Source: Lingula anatina
Lineage: Eukaryota; Animalia; Brachiopoda
Length of the DNA: 64,000 bases
Direction: 5' to 3'
Assembly (NCBI GenBank): GCA_051362555.1
Contig: CM120643.1
Coordinates: forward strand, 7,564,001 to 7,628,000
The position numbers and the translations under genes were made by a program. This document shows, one piece after another, positions 13,222 through 25,842 of the stretch (position 1 is its first letter; each line of letters opens with the position of its first letter). Under the pieces are notes generated by a model, which made no database searches, was not told the DNA's origin, and saw nothing but the letters and a program-made list of their open reading frames with translations.

Positions 13222-14587
13222 TAAGTTGGGATACATTTAAAAAAGCAGCTGGTATTTGCAAAGATGCATGCTACAATGCAATCAAGAGCCACTAGCAAGA
13301 TGGGCCAGTTGAAGCATATCACAGAGCTTGCTACCATGATTACACCAACATGGAACACCTTACAAGGCTGAAAAAGAAAAGGTCAAGAACTGATGCTGAC
13401 AATTTTACATATTGCATGTTGGTTGCTTCCTTGCTTTCCTTTTTTTAAGCTCTATCCTTTCTTTTCTTTGTTAGCTTTTGCCTTGAAAATGCCTCCACCA
13501 AAGTTCGTGCTGTACAACAAACTTGCATTTGCATTCATCTGTGCTTTTTTGGGACTTATGTTACTCAGCATAAGCTATATTATTTGGCTTAATTGGAAGA
13601 AGGTACTGAAACAAAATTTTGTGTTGCACTTGCATATTTGGGCACTTTGATAATAAAATCCAACTGTGATCCATCTAAAATTTTGTTAAAAATGATGAAC
13701 CACAAGAAAACATTCCAAAAGAACACTGAAGAGGATTCAGCAGCTTTTAAACGTCAACAAGATTTTAAGTAAAGAAAAACAACCTGCAAATGGGGGAAAA
13801 ATGGTTATTCTGGGAGTAATGACAAAATTGACAAAACAATACTTTACTTACTGTTTTACTTGAAGTCCAAACCAGATTATTATCAATGGCAAAAGAAATT
13901 GAAAAAAAATCAATCTGTTCTCAATATAGCATCTTTTGACCCTGTCAAATTCAATTTATTTTGAGTTTACAGACCCTTTTGCCTGGAATGTAATTAGTTT
14001 TCTATGTATTACTAATAATGAATTTTAGGAGTTAAAGAAGAAAATCACAGGTAACTTTGATTGGTACTGTGAGAAAGGAATGGTGAGAAGTATGATTTTA
14101 CCTATATATATATATTTTTTTGATGATATTTAAGAAACTCATACAGAATTCTCAGAGTTTACCAGAGAGTTATCCCACAAAATAAAACATGGTCTTTTTG
14201 GTTAAATTTTGTTCACAGAAATTGCTTTTTATACATTTCTTTATATCTAATCTAAGAAATTTTTATTTGAAAAACCTATGAGGCAAAAATGAAGGCTAGA
14301 AGGTTTGTGCCCAATTTTTAAAATCAAAAGCACTAGAATAGAGGACTTGACTAATGATACATTTTAATCTTCTTATTCTATCCTCCACTTAATTACTTCT
14401 TTTATAAACATAGGGAATTACATCATTACGCACAGCATACTGAAAAGAATTGGAAACATTAATGTGAAGTTAAAGGGTTCTTGGTGAATAACGGAACATA
14501 CATCGGTCTCTATCTTCCTGCTTGTAGCGTCAACAGTGTGTCCGAAATTCCAGACAAGAATGATGTTGATCTGTTCCATTTCCGGGT

Positions 14588-14806
14588 CTGCTCAACGAAG
14601 AGAACTTCAAAATCCATCACTAGCTAGGGTAGAGAGCCTTTGGCAGTGTCTTCTTGGGCTCTGAGCTGTCGTCGGGCAACTTGGTGGCAATTAAATTCCT
14701 CAACAAACTGGAGAGCCAGGTGTTTGAAGATTTATTATATGAGGGACTACTCCTCTACGGCATAAATGAGGCAGTATCGGGGATCAAGATTGCGCCCAGG
14801 TTTTTT
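14588..14806 (+). pseudogene. Protein kinase N-lobe fragment with stops
   Basis: FKIHH*LG*RAFGSVFLGSELSSGNLVAIKFLNK...E: decayed GxGxFG loop, VAIK and helix-C Glu. Confidence 0.7.
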
Positions 14807-15384
14807 TATGTCTTTCTACCTCCCTTCAATGCTTTTTTAATTTTTTCAACTGTTCAGATATGTGTTTGTTTGCTTTTTCTTTACTATGACAAAGGCAATA
14901 AGTGGCCAATCATTGTTTGTGATCAACATTTTGATTGCTTTATTCTTACATGCATGCAGTGCTGATTGAAAGAAGAATCCCACAATGACTTGAGGATAAA
15001 AGATGTTCATTTTTTATATTAGCCCCTGCTACAGACAAGCTAATTATTCACGGTTGAAAAGACATGGATATAAGGTGAGATATATGTGAAAATCAGGTTG
15101 GGCTTGATATCTACTCAAAACTTATGTGGACATTTTCAGTCCATATGCTAGCAGGCGGCCATGTTTATTCCTGCCATGAGGTAGCTGCTACATGCTTACA
15201 TAGGATAGATAGATGGACAAAGTGTCACTTTTGTACAAAAAAAAGTTACAAGACTTTTATACAGTAGAGTGAAATCAGTGATGGCATCTGTGATGAAATA
15301 CCGTAATACACCCTCTCTTCTCTATAGCTAGGATTTAAAAAAAAAAATTACTTCCCTATTTACTTGTGCCACACCACAAGTATT

Positions 15385-15691
15385 TAACATATAACATGTT
15401 ATTGTGTAATCGACTGTCTGCTTACCTGAATAACAATAACTTACTAGCAGATGAGCAAAATGGTTTCAGGAAACATAGATCATGTGAAGATCATGTCTTT
15501 GCACTCAACAGTATTGTTAACAATAACACACAGGTATTCGCAGCATTTATTAATCTAAAAAAATGTTTCGATTACATTGACAGAGATATTATGTTGTATA
15601 AGTTATTGATAAATGGGGTAGATGGAAAATTTTATCGAGTATTGAAAAACATACACTATCAAACAACTGCCTGTGTCAAAATCAATGACAC
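15385..15691 (+). mobile_element. Non-LTR retrotransposon RT fragment (CR1 group, L2/Daphne-like), 5' part
   Basis: YLNNNNLLADEQNGFRKHRSCEDHVFAL...AAFINLKKCFDYIDRDIMLYKL...CVKIND. Confidence 0.9.
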
Positions 15692-16289
15692 CCCTTACGA
15701 AAATTTCCTATAGGATTTCCTATAAGATTTCCTATAGGATCCTATAAGATTTCCTATAGGATATCCTATAGGAATTCCTATAGGATCCTATAGGAAATTG
15801 TCCCTTTTTCCTATAGGATCCTATAGGAAATCTTATAGGATCCTATAGGAATTCCTATAGGATCCTATAGGAAATCTTATAGGATCCTATAGGAAATCTT
15901 ATAGGAAATCCTATAGGATCCTATAGGAAATCTTATAGGATCCTATAGAAATTCATATTAACTGCTTTGAATATTTTTACAGCTTTTTATATATTGTTGG
16001 ATCTTTGGCAAAATTGGTAATAGGCACTGGTCCCTCAAAACAAAAGAGAATATCATGTTTACATTCTTTATTAATATGTATAAATGTATGTACATATTCC
16101 ACAGTATGGTATGCAACCAGCTTGCTAGAGAACTGTTTTATAGATTTTTGCAAATTTAATGGTGTTGCTACTGCTTTTTAATTATAAGTTCTATAAGTTA
16201 TCACAAGTATCCAATATGTCTTGTCAAGCTGTGGCGTCACTGTCTGTTTCTGTGTGAGTTTGAACTCCTGCCAGAATGAGTGGCTAAAA

Positions 16290-17700
16290 CCTCCCTTGGC
16301 CAGACCATGTCCATTGTCAGCATACTGCTTTAGTCACTTAATAATTGAAGAATTTCAGACAAAAGTCTTTTGCACATTGTTCAACTTTACTGTGATAAGT
16401 CTTTTGCACATTGTTCAACTTTACTGTGATGGCCTTCTTAACCTCTGCCTGAGTTGTGTTGAACCATTTGCAGATGTATTCTGAAAGATAGACATTGTGA
16501 ATTTCAATTAATTGTACATATCTACAAAAATGCAAAATGATGAAGGAAAAATTTTCTAATGAGATCAATAATAATCATTGCACCAATTCTATTTTGAGCA
16601 ATTCATAGCCTTTATTAGTTTACTGAATTTTTTTTCAAAGACAAGGTATTAAAGCTGGATAATTTGTAAAAAAAAAATATATATATATAAAGAACATGAA
16701 CATATTTCATAGGACCAAGTCCACAGGAACAATCAGAAATGCATTTTAAAATGCAGAAATTTGCATTGGAGAAAACTCTACTCTGGTTAAATATGCAATT
16801 GGGCCATTACAGAGCTGCCAGGGCCAAAAAAGTCCCAAAAACTATAAGAAAACTCATTTCCGAGGGTAAACAGTAATTCCCTATTCTCACCAGTCTTTGC
16901 TTGACCTAAATCATCAGTCCAAACCACAAAAAAGCAATCCCCAAGTTAAAATTTATAGCTTTTGTGTAAGCAAAATGGTCAGATTTTCACAATGCACATT
17001 TCATTTCCGTTATGTATAGGTTAGCAAAAAATATTTTTAAACAAACTATGGTGTTTACCTCACATTAAGGGTTGAAAAGAAATTAAAGGGAAAGAAAACT
17101 TGGCAAATAAACGATCCTGAAGAACGTGTGAGGTAATGAAATTTGCCCTGACAGCCCCTCTAACATGTTAATTGTATGTTATTTATTAGCATGGGTCTTC
17201 CTCAGTTATATATCATGATGGTCCCTTGGAGGCAGTTGTGGATAATATTAAATAGATAATTTTTAATAAATCACAAACCAAAAGTTAAATGAAATGTCAT
17301 TTTTTTTAGATTCAACAGCATTTAAAGAAATATGAACAATTGATCACAGTTTTTATCCTATAAAAAATAAAGAGACTAAACAATGATTGCATTATGTATC
17401 CTTTTTTCTTCATTATAATATATAACTTGTTTAATGTAATACATGTATATATATTTATAATGTTTACAAGGTACACTACAAATTAGATCAATTAATTATC
17501 TCATTTTCAATTTGATTAGATGATCCAATGCATTACTGTAATACATACCTTCCTCAATCCGATTTTTCTACACTCTGTACCCTTCCACTATGCTCCTGAA
17601 TTTAAACTGTCTTGATAGCTGTATACTCATTTGCTGCTTGTCTCAAAGCAAACAAAGACTTAGACAGGATACCACACATCTGATAACACCTAATAGGCGG
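16290..17700 (-). pseudogene. Degenerate spliced accessory gene inside the CACTA-like element, possibly BEN-domain
   Basis: Minus-strand donor near 17549 and acceptor near 16482; EYICKWFNTTQAEVKKAITVKLNN resembles a BEN C-terminal helix; 34-bp tandem duplication at 16363-16430. Confidence 0.3.
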
Positions 17701-18514
17701 TTACTGTTACTAGTGTAACAATAGCTACAGGAGTAGTGACCTAATAATAGGTGCCAGGCTAACAAAAGAAATTCACAGTTGTTGAATATGTGGTTATGGC
17801 TGGTGGAGTAGGGCATTCTCTAGCTAACATCAGTTGACTGTTAAACCTTACAAATGATTGAGCATGGTTTATAATGTATCTTTATATTATTTTAATTTGT
17901 CCCCATTTCCCATCCTTTATGAGGAACATTACTATACCCATAATGTTCACTTATACTTTTATATTATATTTTATATATTAGGCAGGATTGCATTTTCACT
18001 TTTTAAAACAGCCAAGGTCAAGTAAAATCCGATTAGATAAGGTTGACGTTCAATATAATAGAAAAAATATGAAGTAAGTGAATATGATCACACAAAAAGT
18101 AAAAATACATTATATACTGATATTATGACCAGTTTCATTATTTTTCATTCAACCCGGCTTTATAAAAAATCACTATATGAATTAGCATAGGTTCCTATAG
18201 AAATTCCTATAAGATTTCGTATAGGATCCTATAGGAATTTTTGTAATGGTCTGAAAATATATTTAAAATTATATACTGATATTTAGACCAGTTTCATTAT
18301 TTATCATATAACCTGGCCTTATAAAAATTTCCTATATGAATTAGCATAGGATTTCCTATACGTTCCTATAGAAATTCCTATTAGATTTCCTATAGGATCC
18401 TATAGGAATTTTTGTAATGGTATGAACATAAATAAAAAATAAAAATTATATACTAATATTTAGACTAGATTCATTATTTTAATTCAAGCCGCCCTTATAA
18501 AAATTCCCTGTATG

Positions 18515-20852
18515 AACTAGAGGATCAGAGAGGCGATACCGCCTCCGAATATTGTACCACCAGCTGGAGCAAGCGCATTCATATAGACCCCCACATATAC
18601 AAAATAAGGAACACAGCCACCAGTCTTGTGCTTGACAAGCTGTAAAAATGCAATCAACAAGAATTTTCAAAATATGCAAAAAATATATATATTACTAAAA
18701 ATGGTACAATCAAAGTTAAGTTCATCGCAAGGTAGGTCAAAGGTCAATTCCAAGGTCACAGTAAATTGCCAGTATATGACTTCCTATTCAACTTCAATAG
18801 TAACTATGGGCCTATCTCTGCCAGGTTTGGAGTTAAAAGAGAAAGAAATTAGCAGAGTTCAGTTCATGATAATAAGTAGGTCAAAGGTCAATTTCAAGGT
18901 CACACTTAGATTGCCAGTATATGACTTCCTATTCACGTTCAATAGTAACTATGGACCTATCTCTGCCAGTTTTGGAGATAAAGGGGAAGCAAACTATGCA
19001 AAGTTCAGTTCATGGTGAAAAGTAGGTCAAAGGTCAATTTTAAGGTCACATTTAGATTGCCAGTATATGACTTCCTATTCAACTTCAATAGTAACTATGG
19101 ACCTATCTCTGCCAGTTTTGGAGATAAAAGGGAAGCAAAATTTGCAAAGTTCAGTTCATGGTGAAAAGTAGGTCAAAGGTCAATTTTAAGGTCACATTTA
19201 GATTGCCAGTATATGACTTCCTATTCAAGTTCAATAGAAACTATGGACCTATCTCTGCCAGTTTTGGAGATAAAAGGAAGCAAAATTTGCAAAGTTCAGT
19301 TCATGGTGAAAAGTAGGTCAAAGGTCAATTTTAAGGTCACATTTAGATTGCAAGTATATGACTTCCTATTCAAGTTCAATAGTAACTATGGACCTATCTC
19401 TGCCAGTTTTGGAGATAAAAGGGAAGCAAAATTTGCAAAGTTCAGTTCATGGTGAAAAGTAGGTCAAAGGTCAATTTTAAGGTCACATTTAGATTGCCAG
19501 TATATGACTTCCTATTCAACTTCAATAGTAACTATGGACCTATCTCTGCCAGTTTTGTAGATAAAAGGGAAGCAAAATTTGCAAAGTTCAGTTCATGGTG
19601 AAAAGTAGGTCAAAGGTCAATTTTAAGGTCACATTTAGATTGCCAGTATATGACTTCCTATTCAAGTTCAATAGAAACTATGGACCTATCTCTGCCAGTT
19701 TTGGAGATAAAAAGGAAGCAAAATTTGCAAAGTTCAGTTCATGGTGAAAAGTAGGTCAAAGGTCAATTTTAAGGTCACATTTAGATTGCCAGTGTATGAC
19801 TTCCTATTCAAGTTCAATAGTAACTATGGACCTATCTCTGCCAGTTTTGGAGATATAAGGGACTAAATGTTATAATTTTGGAGTTACCATAATGTGCCAT
19901 AAATTTCCTACAAAAAAAATTAATTAAAATAAAGAAAAGGTCATTTTGGTCAAAATTCTTGAAATGGGAGGTGCTCTGAAGTTCCAGATGTTCAAATTTG
20001 ATGAAATGATGTCATTTTTGACCACAAGTTGTCTGCTTTGCCAAGCCTTATGTTTTATTTTTCCGGAGTTCAAAATTTATTATCCATTACCGTACTGCAC
20101 ATTTTGCTTTCACCACCAATATGTACTTTTTGATACAGCGTAACTCGAAAACCGTATGGAATACAAAAAAACGGAGACCACTTCCAGTGTTGGGCTTTAC
20201 ATGCTCTACAAAATGCAAAAAAGAATGGGTGTCTAGCATTAACGGTTCCCGAATTAGAGACAGTTTTCAGTTTCGATATCTTATGGCCGCTACTCCCGTG
20301 AAAATGCACCGATTGACCCCAAATTCACGGAGATGAAAGATGACCTGAAGGGTAACACTTTCCATTAATATTATTAGTTAAGTCTGTGTGGTGTCTGAAT
20401 AAGACCGCAAATAATTTTTTTTTCGGCAAAAATTTTGTTTTTTTGAAAATTTTTGCCCGTTTGACCTTAAAATAAAGGTCAAAGGTCAAATCCAAGGGCA
20501 TATTTGAAATCTACACCTATGACTTTTGGAAAGCTGTCTGTAGAAATTTTTCCCATAATTCCTTCTGTAGGGGAGATAATTAGCATTTAATTTTGCCATT
20601 TTTGGACAAGGGTGCATTGCAATGAGTGCCACACCTAGACCCCAATACCGACAAAGCCCAAATTTTACGTGGAACGAGTTGAGATTATAGGTGACCTAAA
20701 TCCAAGAGATGGGTATGGAAGCCCTTACCGTCTAGGAGGAGAAGCGGTAACGGTGACTTGGCGGCGGAGCCGCAGGAGCCGCAGGAGCCGGCGGAACATA
20801 CGGGTCGGGACTAAAACCATGTGTACCGCCAGCGCCTACGCTGGTGGTACAA
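18515..20852 (-). mobile_element. Helentron-associated non-autonomous element (HINE/DINE-1-like), complete copy 1
   Basis: Subterminal inverted repeat TTGTACCACCAGC (18552) / GCTGGTGGTACAA (20840); hairpin GTACCGCCAGCG-CCTA-CGCTGGTGGTAC at one end, GAGGCG-ATAC-CGCCTC near the CTAGTT end; short GC-rich simple repeat; central tandem array; inserted at AA/TT. Confidence 0.9.
18730..19862. repeat. 146-bp tandem array, about 7.8 copies, inside HINE copy 1
   Basis: AGTAGGTCAAAGGTCA starts at 18875, 19021, 19167, 19312, 19458, 19604 and 19750. Confidence 0.97.
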
Positions 20853-21759
20853 TTAGCATAGGATTTCCTATAGGTTCCTATAGAAATTCCTATAAAATTT
20901 CCTATAGGATTCTATAGGAATTTTTGTAATGTTCTGAACATATATTAAAAATCAAAATCATATACTGATATTTAAACCAGATTCATTATTTTTCATTCAA
21001 CCCGCCCTGATAAAAATTCCTAATATGAATTAGCATAGGGTTTCCTATAGGTTCCTATAGAAATTCCTATAAGATTTCCTATAGGATCCTATAGGAATTT
21101 TTGTAATGGTCTGAACATAAATTAAAAATTAAAATTATATACTGATATTTAGACCAGATTCATTTTTTTTTCAATGCATTCAACCCGGCCTTATAAAAAT
21201 TTCCTATATGAATAAGCATAGGATTTCCTATAGGTTCCTATAAGATTTCCTATAGGATCCTATAAGATTTCCTATAGGATCCTATAAGATTTTCTATAGG
21301 ATTTCCTATAGGATCCTATAGGAATTATTGTAAAGGTCTGAACATAAATTTTAAAAAATAATTTCAGCTTCAATGATTTGGTACAAAAACATTCATAATG
21401 ATAAAATATTTCTCCATAAAAGATTACTTTACAAATGATCAATTTTTCAAGATTTCTTTAAAATAGAAATAAAAGAATTTCTATAGAATCCTATAGATTA
21501 CTATAAGATTGTGCATTATAAACAATAAAAAGCATTTTTGCTTTAACAGTGATATATAATTGACAATTCCATTGATAAAATTGACCTATATCAAATATCT
21601 TTTGTTTAGAATGATATTTGTTTATAAGATATGTATTTTTCTCAAGATTTTAACTTACAACAATTTCCTATAGGAAATCCTATAGGAAAGGTGCCCTATA
21701 GGATCCTATAAGATTTCCTATAGGATCCTATAGGATCCTATAGGAAATTTTCGTAAGGG

Positions 21760-22230
21760 ACGTTTACTGACTGGTTCAATTGTCGTACTGGTGTAAGGCA
21801 AGGCGACAACATCTCGCCAACTTTATTCTCTATTTTTGTAAATGATATAGTAAGTGAAATTAATGATCTAGGAGTTGGAATAACGTATGAGGACAATCAG
21901 GTGTCTATTCTCCTATGTGCAGACGACATTGTACTGGTAGCACCATCAGCACGCATAATTAGACTACTATTGACACACCACACTGCACCTGCGGTGCCCT
22001 GATACTCCTCTGCACTTCTTTTTCAGATCCCCCTCACTCAATTTAAGGTATCCTCCCCTTTACCAAAAAATTTATGAAATACTACATGAACGCAAGACCT
22101 CTTTTAAAACACAAAAAGAAAAGTTGTCCTATTTCTCTACGGCCATGGATCTCTATCAACTACCCAAAATGAAATGATCTTCGAAACCATTGCAAATTTT
22201 CTACTCGAAAACCTTGACATCACTCAATAA
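21760..22230 (+). mobile_element. Continuation of the LINE RT, then a LINE C-terminal Cys/His remnant
   Basis: TFTDWFNCRTGVRQGDNISPTLFSIFVND...SILLCADDIVLVA (QG and decayed YADD motifs); then PHCTCGA...LHFFF near 21990-22030. Confidence 0.85.
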
Positions 22231-22502
22231 GCACTATCTTTTCTCTACTTGACATAACTGATTTCATTTTATGATTTCATGCAATTTTCTTTGTTATTAA
22301 TGTAATCCAAATTGTATTTAGTTGTGTTGTATACGTAAATTAGTTACGATCCTTTTCTTCTCCCTTTTATTTTCTTTCTTTCTGTATTTAATTAGTTCTG
22401 GTAACTTTTGTGTTCCAATAATGAAATCTGATCTCTAATGTTTGTATTTTGTTGTGTACGTTAACTAGTTATGATCTCTTTTTTATCTCTTTTTTTTGTT
22501 AT

Positions 22503-22505
<3 letters not shown>

Positions 22506-22534
<29 letters not shown>
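22506..22534. repeat. (CA)n microsatellite
   Basis: About 14 units. Confidence 0.95.
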
Positions 22535-22538
<4 letters not shown>

Positions 22539-23770
22539 TATATTCTGTTGCTTTTTGTGTATATGCATATACTTATCCATTTGTTTTACTTATTTACTCA
22601 TTTAATTTTGTTCTACATGGCGAGCATCTAATGTTTTTAGCACTTTGCCTCCATTTCCTATGGATAAAATTTGTTTTAAATACTGAAGCTTTACATGATT
22701 TATCATTGAGGATGCTGTCCCTTCACAAAGCACCAAAATAACACTTGGAAAGTACAAGTCCCATCACATTACACATGATGGCATTACATCTATTAATGGG
22801 ATGCTTGCTGATGAAGTAAATAAACAGTTTTGTTACACAGGTAAAATATAAGAATCTCATCAATATCTAAGTAAGTAATTCTTTGGTATATGAGGCACAA
22901 ACATCATTTAAATTATTCTTTTTACAGGTGTTCCATGTGAGCCTTCATGTAATGTCCAGTATTATATACGATGGAGACATGACTTATTTTTCTAAGGTCA
23001 GCCATATTCTCTTTGAATAGGTAGCTGATTATGCCTTGAAGATAGAACTTTCAATTATTTTTGCCACTGAACATAAATATTTCTTTTGACAAAAATGCAT
23101 TTTTTTCTTTTCATTATGTCTTAAAGGCAATTGCACTGTCTGTTGTGTTTGATGTTATAAACTTAACTTCAAATAATATAATGAAAACATTGAATTTTAT
23201 TTTAACCCATTTTAAATGTACAGAGACTATTAAAAATGCATTAATATATATGTAATAGTTTTTAAAAAGGTTACCTTCCATATTTATGTTACAAAAGAAC
23301 ATCATTATTCTCAATAATTTATTTTTCATAGAGATATAGGTTTGGTGGCATTCAGTTTGTAATTGTTTCCTAGTATCCCAAACTGCAATGAATAGATTAA
23401 TTTGAATTAAATTCCACTTGCTTCTATCTTTTTTTTTTCTTTTTTTTTTTTTTTTTTTTTTGTGATATAGAAAGACCTCTCAGAATATGATGTGATAGTG
23501 GGAGTTTGTATTAGATGAGGACACTATTCTGTCTTGGTAAGTATTCAACCCTTATATGGGACTCTCTTAGATCTTAATTTTCAATTTGGGTTGTTTTTAC
23601 TATTGTAGGCAGTTTATCTCTGCAATAATTGTAATTCTGCTATAAGATATGACATTGGGCAATAACATATCTATATAATTATCCTGTTTTACAAAAAAAT
23701 TCTACATTTATTTGTGTATAAAATTAAGTAAAAAGACATGTCATATTATATTGTATGAATAATAGGTTTA

Positions 23771-23929
23771 CAGGGGCAGATCCAGAGATATTTTCTGACA
23801 GTCTGCCAAATTATCTTTCTTGGTCCATTGTCCATTTTTGACTGTCTTCCAATAGAAAAAAATTAGATACCCACATGTAAGCTCGGACTGCTTCCAGAAG
23901 ACCCTGAAGACGGTCTCAATCTGCCCCTG
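23771..23929. mobile_element. MITE with CAGGGGCAGAT termini and 6-bp TSD
   Basis: CAGGGGCAGAT ... ATCTGCCCCTG flanked by GGTTTA on both sides. Confidence 0.85.
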
Positions 23930-24254
23930 GGTTTATATAAATTATGTTAATTATATGAGCAAGGTGCAGGCAATTCAATATCATGATGAGGTTGAGAGGT
24001 ATAATTTTTTTGTAATGTATTTTCAGCAACTTCTCCAGAAGAAAAGAAATTGGGTGCAAGTTTGTCACCATTGACCATGAAAAACAGCTAGATAGCTACA
24101 CTTGTGGGCTATGGTGTATACATGTGAGTTATGTTACCTAGGAAGCACACATTTCAACACCTTTGAAGAGTTTCCCAGTGAAATATATATAGGGCAATAG
24201 AAAATAATTTTATTACTTAGCTATTCAATACTATTATTCACTATTCAATATGAC

Positions 24255-24535
24255 CAGACCATGTATATATGCACTGAAGAAAAGAAGGCTTCAGGGCTCT
24301 CAGAAAGCTGTGTGATTTGTGGCAGACGGAAGGGTCCATTTCTGCTTATATCAATGTCAAAGTTTGAAGAATGATTTATCAACAAGCCTGCATTACCTGA
24401 AGACAAAGAATAAAAACTGAACCTGAAGAGTGAAGACACATGCCCTGACCACTGTATCACATGACTCCTCAGTGATCCAAATGGTTTTCTGTGAAGAATA
24501 TTTTCACCTTCACAACACAGTATCCACACTGTTTA
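24255..24535 (+). pseudogene. Decayed DNA-transposase-like fragment (possibly Sola3-type)
   Basis: LHYLKT(fs)KLNLKSEDTCPDHCIT*LLSDPN resembles a YLK...C.DHC...LSDP motif recalled from invertebrate transposases; multiple stops. Confidence 0.3.
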
Positions 24536-25153
24536 CTCCTATAAGACACAATCCTTCAACTGATGAAATGTGGAGATGGTGATGGGTTTGTAGAACAAAC
24601 TGTTGAACAACTCGGGATTCATATCTCATTTTTTGGTAGCCTTTATTTCACATCATATGTACAGGTAAGACAAGTAACAGTGTATGGTGAAACTAAAATT
24701 TAATGAAAATAAAACGCAATGAATAAAAATAAAAATGATAATACTAACAATGGAGTAGGCCTACAATTAATGGTGAACATGATCAAAGTAAAGGCACAAT
24801 TTATGATTCTATAATGAACAAATAAATATTTAAATAATAACTTACTTGAATCGCAGCTACATAAACTTGGAGATAATCCTGATGTTCACAAAAAAAAAAA
24901 AAAAAAAAAATGTATACATATACGATGGGCTTGCAAGAGGGTAAAGAGGACAATGCCAGTATGTGGCATGCTGCTTATACATTGTAGAGCATACATTTTT
25001 TTTAAATCTTTTTTTTTCTAAATCTGTGTGTTTTGTATCAAGAAGTTTTGGAGTATCATGGAGAAGACATGAATGTGGTAACCAATTAGTTTATTTATTA
25101 GAATATTTTTCAGACCATACTCATACTTGAATTGAATTCTTTTTTTTTTTCAG

Positions 25154-25675
25154 AAAGCCAAAAGAAGGATGAAGGTGCTGCAGATCCTGTCAGCCCAAGG
25201 GTGGCAGACTGAGGTGATCCTGTCAGCCCAAGGGTGGCAGACTGAGGTGATCCTGTCAGCCCAAGGGTGGCAGACTGAGGTGATCCTGTCAGTCCAAGGG
25301 TGGCAGACTGAGGTGATCCTGTCAGCCCAAGGGTGGCAGACTGAGGTGATCCTGTCAGCCCAAGGGTGGCAGACTGAGGTGATCCTGTCAGCCCAAGGGT
25401 GGCAGACTGAGGTGCAGCATGCACAAATCAAGAGCGCCATTGATATCAAGTACACGTCTAACGATGAAGAGTGTGATGAAGGATTCGTCACACACACCCC
25501 ATCCTGGCAAAATGACAAATTTGCCCAGGTTAAAGGTACCTTAGACAGGTGTTTTATTGAAAACAGCTCATACAAGAGCAGAAGGTTGCTGCAAAATAGG
25601 AAGATTGGAGCAACTCACATCAAATCTATCCCTAATTGTCCAGAGGATATCTTATGGATTGTAAAAAGAGATTAA
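25154..25675 (+). other. Open exon-like segment with in-frame 11-aa repeat expansion; paralogue of 11580-11837 and 29024-29282
   Basis: Polypyrimidine/CAG acceptor at 25153; KAKRRMKVLQ(ILSAQGWQTEV)x7...YTSNDEE...FVTHTPSWQ...TLD, loosely C14orf93-like. Confidence 0.5.
25183..25413. repeat. 33-bp minisatellite, 7 near-identical copies
   Basis: GATCCTGTCAGCCCAAGGGTGGCAGACTGAGGT x7, one mismatch. Confidence 0.98.
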
Positions 25676-25842
25676 ACATTTCAACTGTTTTCAGTTTACC
25701 AGACCAAAAGCTGTGTAATTTCAAATAGTATAGAATTTGGGTTCATTATTTTTGGGGTTTTATATGTAGTTTCATTACAGACTGGAGGGACGGCTATGTA
25801 TGTCAAGTTTGTGTGTAAAAAAGAAGAAAAGTGGGCCATTTG

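Larger units (their letters stand above)
15692..21759. mobile_element. 6.07-kb non-autonomous DNA transposon with CCC...GGG termini and 2-bp TSD (EnSpm/CACTA-like), rich in CCTATAGG palindromes
   Basis: TIR CCCTTACGAAAATTTCCTATAGGA / TCCTATAGGAAATTTTCGTAAGGG; AC on both sides; excision restores the RT frame INDTFTDWF; internal 160-180 bp repeats at 18110-18514 and 20851-21350. Confidence 0.9.

Noticed and set aside
18730-19862. CRISPR-like interpretation of the regular repeats (also the 33-bp and 60-bp arrays)
   Set aside because: Units are head-to-tail with no unique spacers, there are no cas genes, and the context is eukaryotic
18626-20917. ORFs within the HINE (also at 49.4-50.4 kb and 60-62.7 kb), including the Arg-rich RRSRRS ORF
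   Set aside because: Chance frames in tandem and simple repeats; no Rep/helicase motifs
25110-25575. Minus-strand repeat proteins (SPQSATLGLTG / SVCHPWADRIT)
   Set aside because: Shadow frames of the 33-bp repeat
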